Assembly (NCBI GenBank): GCA_963693365.1
Contig: CAVNZM010000013.1
Location: forward strand, 6,479,285 to 6,543,284
Direction of reading: 5' to 3'
Length of the DNA: 64,000 nucleotides
From: Amoebidium appalachense
Lineage: Eukaryota > Protista > Ichthyosporea
The notes beneath the pieces are model-generated. The model worked only from the letters and a program-made list of their open reading frames with translations. It made no database searches and was not told the origin of the DNA. Both the position numbers and the translations under genes were made by a program. Shown piece after piece: positions 59,478-64,000 of this stretch (the first letter of the stretch is position 1; each line of letters begins with the position of its first letter).

Positions 59478-59739
59478 CCGAAGTTCCTTATGCCTTCCTT
59501 CCTCCCCCTTCCTCCCTCCCCCACCACCACCTCCCTCCCTAGGCACCTACAAGAGAGGCGGGGCAACAAGGTGCCCCTGGCGAGGGGAGGGAAAGAGAGG
59601 GGGAGGGGGGGGGGGGGGGGGGGAGAAGGGTCCCGGGAGGGGAAGGCTAGGAAGGACTGTGAGAGCATAACAACGTACACCTTCACTGACGTCGACATAC
59701 ACTCACACCTGAACGCGTGTGCGTGCGCGTGCGCGCGCG

Positions 59740-59780
<41 letters not shown>

Positions 59781-59843
59781 ACATACAGACAAACACGTGA
59801 CACATACTCTAACAAACACCCACCCACGGGATTGAAACACACA

Positions 59844-59894
<51 letters not shown>

Positions 59895-59951
59895 ACACAC
59901 ACAGACAAACACACGACACATACTCTAACAAACACCCACCCACCGGATTGC

Positions 59952-60045
<94 letters not shown>

Positions 60046-60235
60046 ACACACATATACGCACACACAAAGAATACACACACAGACGTGTGCATACACACAC
60101 GTGCACGCAAGGGCACACACACACACACACACAAGCATATACAGACGCCTAAGTGTACGCGTGCACAAATACACACGCAAACGTGACACAATCACTCACA
60201 CACACACAATCACACACACACACACTGCGTCTCTC

Positions 60236-60292
<57 letters not shown>

Positions 60293-62025
60293 ATCTTAAT
60301 GTCACACACAGTACACACACATGCGCAATACACACACACACTTACCCTGTGTAACGTTATAACAAACGACACACTGGCACAGTATATTAACCGGCCTCTT
60401 TTGGTGCAGTGGCGGTTTGCAAACACGCACGGTCCGGGTTAGTGCTAGCCCAAGACAACGTAACGTTAGATATAATTAGCAGCTTCTGCGCAGATCTTGT
60501 GTAGGGAGAGAACAGACGGGTAGATGTACAAAGACTTAGAATAGAAAGAGAGCTGCCGGGTTTGCATTTCTTTTATCCGTGAGCAAGAGAAAGAAAAACA
60601 ATACAGTTAAGTAGCAAGCATCTAATTCGACTTGTTTCATGTTAGTGGCAGTACATAGTGGGCTCGTACCGATACTAGTGCTGCTACCTCTGCACACTGC
60701 ACTGTGCAACAAAACACGTTGCACTCAAGTGACCTTTGGATGCAAGGGATACTTGACGAGACGATATATGCAACAAGTAATTTATTACAAAAAGAACAAC
60801 AGGGTGTCTGTCAGAGTCTGCTGGTTGCGTTGGACGGTGTGGAAAACAGTCATGATGTGTTTTCGACCGAAACGCCTTCCCGTTGTCTGTATGTGTATGG
60901 CTGACAGGGCATTCCACAAAAAGGTGGACTGAATGATCACGCTGTACGTGTGTATAATGTTCACACGCCATGCCTACTCTACCCCCAGAGAGTGTATTTG
61001 GCAGAAACGCACCATGCAGGCAGTAAATGTTCAACACCCGTAGTACTTGTGCATATGTTTAACTACGGTGCATGTGTGATGCCCTCATGATCACGAATGG
61101 CTAAGAAAAACGCCCAACGCAACAAGCCTGCAAACCCCAAAATAACTAAGACGATAGAAATTATCATCTATAATAAAAAGCATCTGTGTAGCATTTTGAG
61201 GAAAAAGCAAATATTGTTACGTAAAGGGGCTTGTCTTTGCCATTCGTGATCATGAGGGCATCCCACATGCACCGTAGTTAAACATATGCACAAGTACTAC
61301 GGGTGTTGAACAATTACCACCTGCATGGTGCGTTTCTGCCAAATACACTCTCTGGGGGTAGAGTAGGCATGGCGTGTAGACATTATACACACGTGCAAAA
61401 TAGTAATGTCAGTCCACCTTTTTGTGGAATGCCCTGTCAGCCATACACATACAGACAACGGGAAGGCGTTTCGGTCGAAAACACATCATGACTGTTTTCC
61501 ACACCGTCCAGCGCAACCAGCAGACTCTGACAGACACCCTGTTGTTCTTTTTGTAATAAATTACTTGTTGCATATATCGTCTCGTCAAGTATCACTTGCA
61601 TCCAAAGGTCACTTGAGTGCAACGTGTTTTGTTGCACAGTGCAGTGTGCAGAGGTAGCAGCACTAGTATCGGTACGAGCCCACTATGTACTGCCACTAAC
61701 ATGAAACAAGTCGAGATTAGATGCTTGCTACTTAACTGTATTGTTTTCTTTCTCTTGCTCACGGATAAAGAAATACAAACCCAGCAGCTCTCTTTCTATT
61801 CTAAGTCTTTGTACATCTACCCGTCTGTTCTACTCCCTAGACAAGATCTGCGCAGAAGCTGCTAATTATATCTAACGTTTTTGTAGACCAACGCAGCCCA
61901 GACCGTGCGTAGGCACCACTGCACCGACCGGTGTATACTGTGCGCCGTTCGTGTCGTTTGTTATAACGTTACACAGGGTAAGTGTGTGTGTGTGTGTGTG
62001 TACTGTGTGTGACATTAATTAAGAT

Positions 62026-62081
<56 letters not shown>

Positions 62082-62085
62082 CACT

Positions 62086-62130
<45 letters not shown>

Positions 62131-62298
62131 GTCACGTTTGCGTGTGTATTTATGCACGCGTACATAGGCGTCTGTATATGCTTGTGTGTGTGTGTGTGTT
62201 TTTTTTCTTGCCACGTGCACGTGTGTGTATGCACACGTCTGTGTGTGTATTCTTTGTGTGTGCGATATATGTGTGTCAAGAAAAAAAAAAAAAAAAAA

Positions 62299-62389
<91 letters not shown>

Positions 62390-62446
62390 GCAATCCGGTG
62401 GGTGGGTGTTTGTTAGAGTATGTGTCGTGTGTTTGTCTGTGTGTGT

Positions 62447-62497
<51 letters not shown>

Positions 62498-62560
62498 TGT
62501 GTGTTTCAATCCCGTGGGTGGGTGTTTGTTAGAGTATGTGTCACGTGTTTGTCTGTATGT

Positions 62561-62601
<41 letters not shown>

Positions 62602-62852
62602 CGCGCGCGCACGCGCACGCACGCGCGTTCAGGTGTGAGTGTATGTCGACGTCAGTGAAGGTGTACGTTGTTATGCTCTCACGGTCCTCTTCCTAGCCTT
62701 CCCTCCCGGGACCCTTCCCCCCCCCCCCCCCCTTCTTTCCCTCCCTCGCCAGGGGCACCTTGTTGCCCCGCCTCTCTTGTAGGTGCCTAGGGAGGAGGTG
62801 GTGGTGGTGGGGAGGGAGGAAGGGGGGAGGAAGGAAGGCATAAGGAACTGCA

Positions 62853-62886
<34 letters not shown>

Positions 62887-63063
62887 GGGGGGGGGGGGGG
62901 GGGGGGGCGGGCAAAAGTGGGGTTTGGGTGGGGCGGCTGGGGAAGGTGGGGTCGATATGGAAGGTAGCAGACCTGTGTCAAGAGTGTTAGGCTAAAGGCG
63001 GGGTCCAAGCTGCCTTGTTTACATGTAGTTATTTGTGTGTTTATGTGTGTGTGTGTGTCACGG

Positions 63064-63118
<55 letters not shown>

Positions 63119-63130
63119 CTCTCTGCGTTT

Positions 63131-63172
<42 letters not shown>

Positions 63173-64000
63173 ACTCTGGTGTGTGTGTGTGTCTGTGTGT
63201 GTGTGTGTGTGTACGACATGTGTGTGTGTGCGTGTGTGCGTGTGTGTGTGCGTGTGTGTGTGTGTGTTTGTGTGTATTTTTGTTTTGCCAATGATATGTG
63301 TGTGTGTGTTTCTTACGGCCCGGTGTTCTGGCCTAAGTTAGTTGTGGGGACGCTAATGAGCGGTGGGTGGTTATGGGCAGTGTATAAGTTGAGCATGATG
63401 GGGGTGGGACAGAGCTTGAGCCTATGCCTGAACAGCAAGTCATGTTTTATTTGGCTTCTTCTGAGTGGTAGCACCAAAACCCAGTTTGCACCTTCTGGAG
63501 ACAACAGGCGTACAGCGGGACATAGCTCCATTAACAGGTTTTGAGGTGTAGTGGCTTGTTGTCGATGACACAAAACAAGTTGCAGTGACCAGGTTGAAGT
63601 GGTCTCTGCATAACCTTTGGCTCTTATAGGTTCCTTTTTCCCTCTACTGGAGACACGTCACAGCGTCTTCTAACCATAGTTCCGTGAACCACACACCATA
63701 CCACCACGTCCACGGATCTGAACTCCGGAGGTGAACTGCGGCTGCTGATGAGCAGGCATAAGTGCGTGCCTATTTTGATTGTTTAACCAATATTTTAAAC
63801 TGTTGTTATTTGTGTCATATACAGATACTCACTACTCTAAAAGTGCGCTTATACTAGCTTAAAGTAGGTTAGATAGAGTCGCTTCAGTTCTTGTAGGTGT
63901 TGTAAGTTTCGCACGGAAAACCATGGCGCCGCGGCTTGCGCAGTCTGCACACGGGAAGCCTATGGCTCAGAGCCACATTCCACAGATCGGCCTATTATAG
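58361..64000. repeat. Giant inverted repeat: arms 58361-61101 and 61239-64000 (runs off the window), ~137-bp spacer
   Basis: The window end cctattatag is the reverse complement of ctataatagg at 58361. The arms are colinear up to ctcatgatcacgaatggc / gccattcgtgatcatgag, with scattered mismatches and small indels. Confidence 0.95.

Noticed and set aside
58671-60932. Gene inside the palindrome arms
   Set aside because: Some exon-like pieces exist, but frames disagree between the two arms and no domain is recognisable.

Overview
Eukaryotic genomic DNA with GT-AG spliceosomal introns, filled with poly(C)/poly(G) runs and (CA)n/(GT)n/(CT)n microsatellites. The lineage cannot be fixed from sequence; the gene set fits a unicellular opisthokont or other protist. 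Almost all ORF-track entries are microsatellite translation noise. Hand-spliced genes: a 26-exon RAD16-type SNF2/RING helicase (minus, 10492-29804); a divergent gene with a long helical N-terminus and two BTB domains (plus, 31416-38752); an RGS-domain gene (minus, ~40604-42274); a membrane-anchored alpha/beta hydrolase with a GYSKG motif (minus, 49081-55061); and an intronless, multiply frameshifted F-box/LRR gene (minus, 7328-8816). The main non-coding signals are: (i) a ~390-bp hairpin-forming repeat family with a fixed 3' end running into poly(C), variable 5' truncation and co-orientation with host genes; (ii) poly(C) directly after most splice donors, and (CA)n in place of the polypyrimidine tract at several acceptors; (iii) two 41-53-bp hairpin elements with perfect 8-bp target-site duplications; (iv) a >5.6-kb palindrome at the right end that may be a fold-back artefact. 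Exon boundaries were read by eye and homopolymer lengths may be unreliable.
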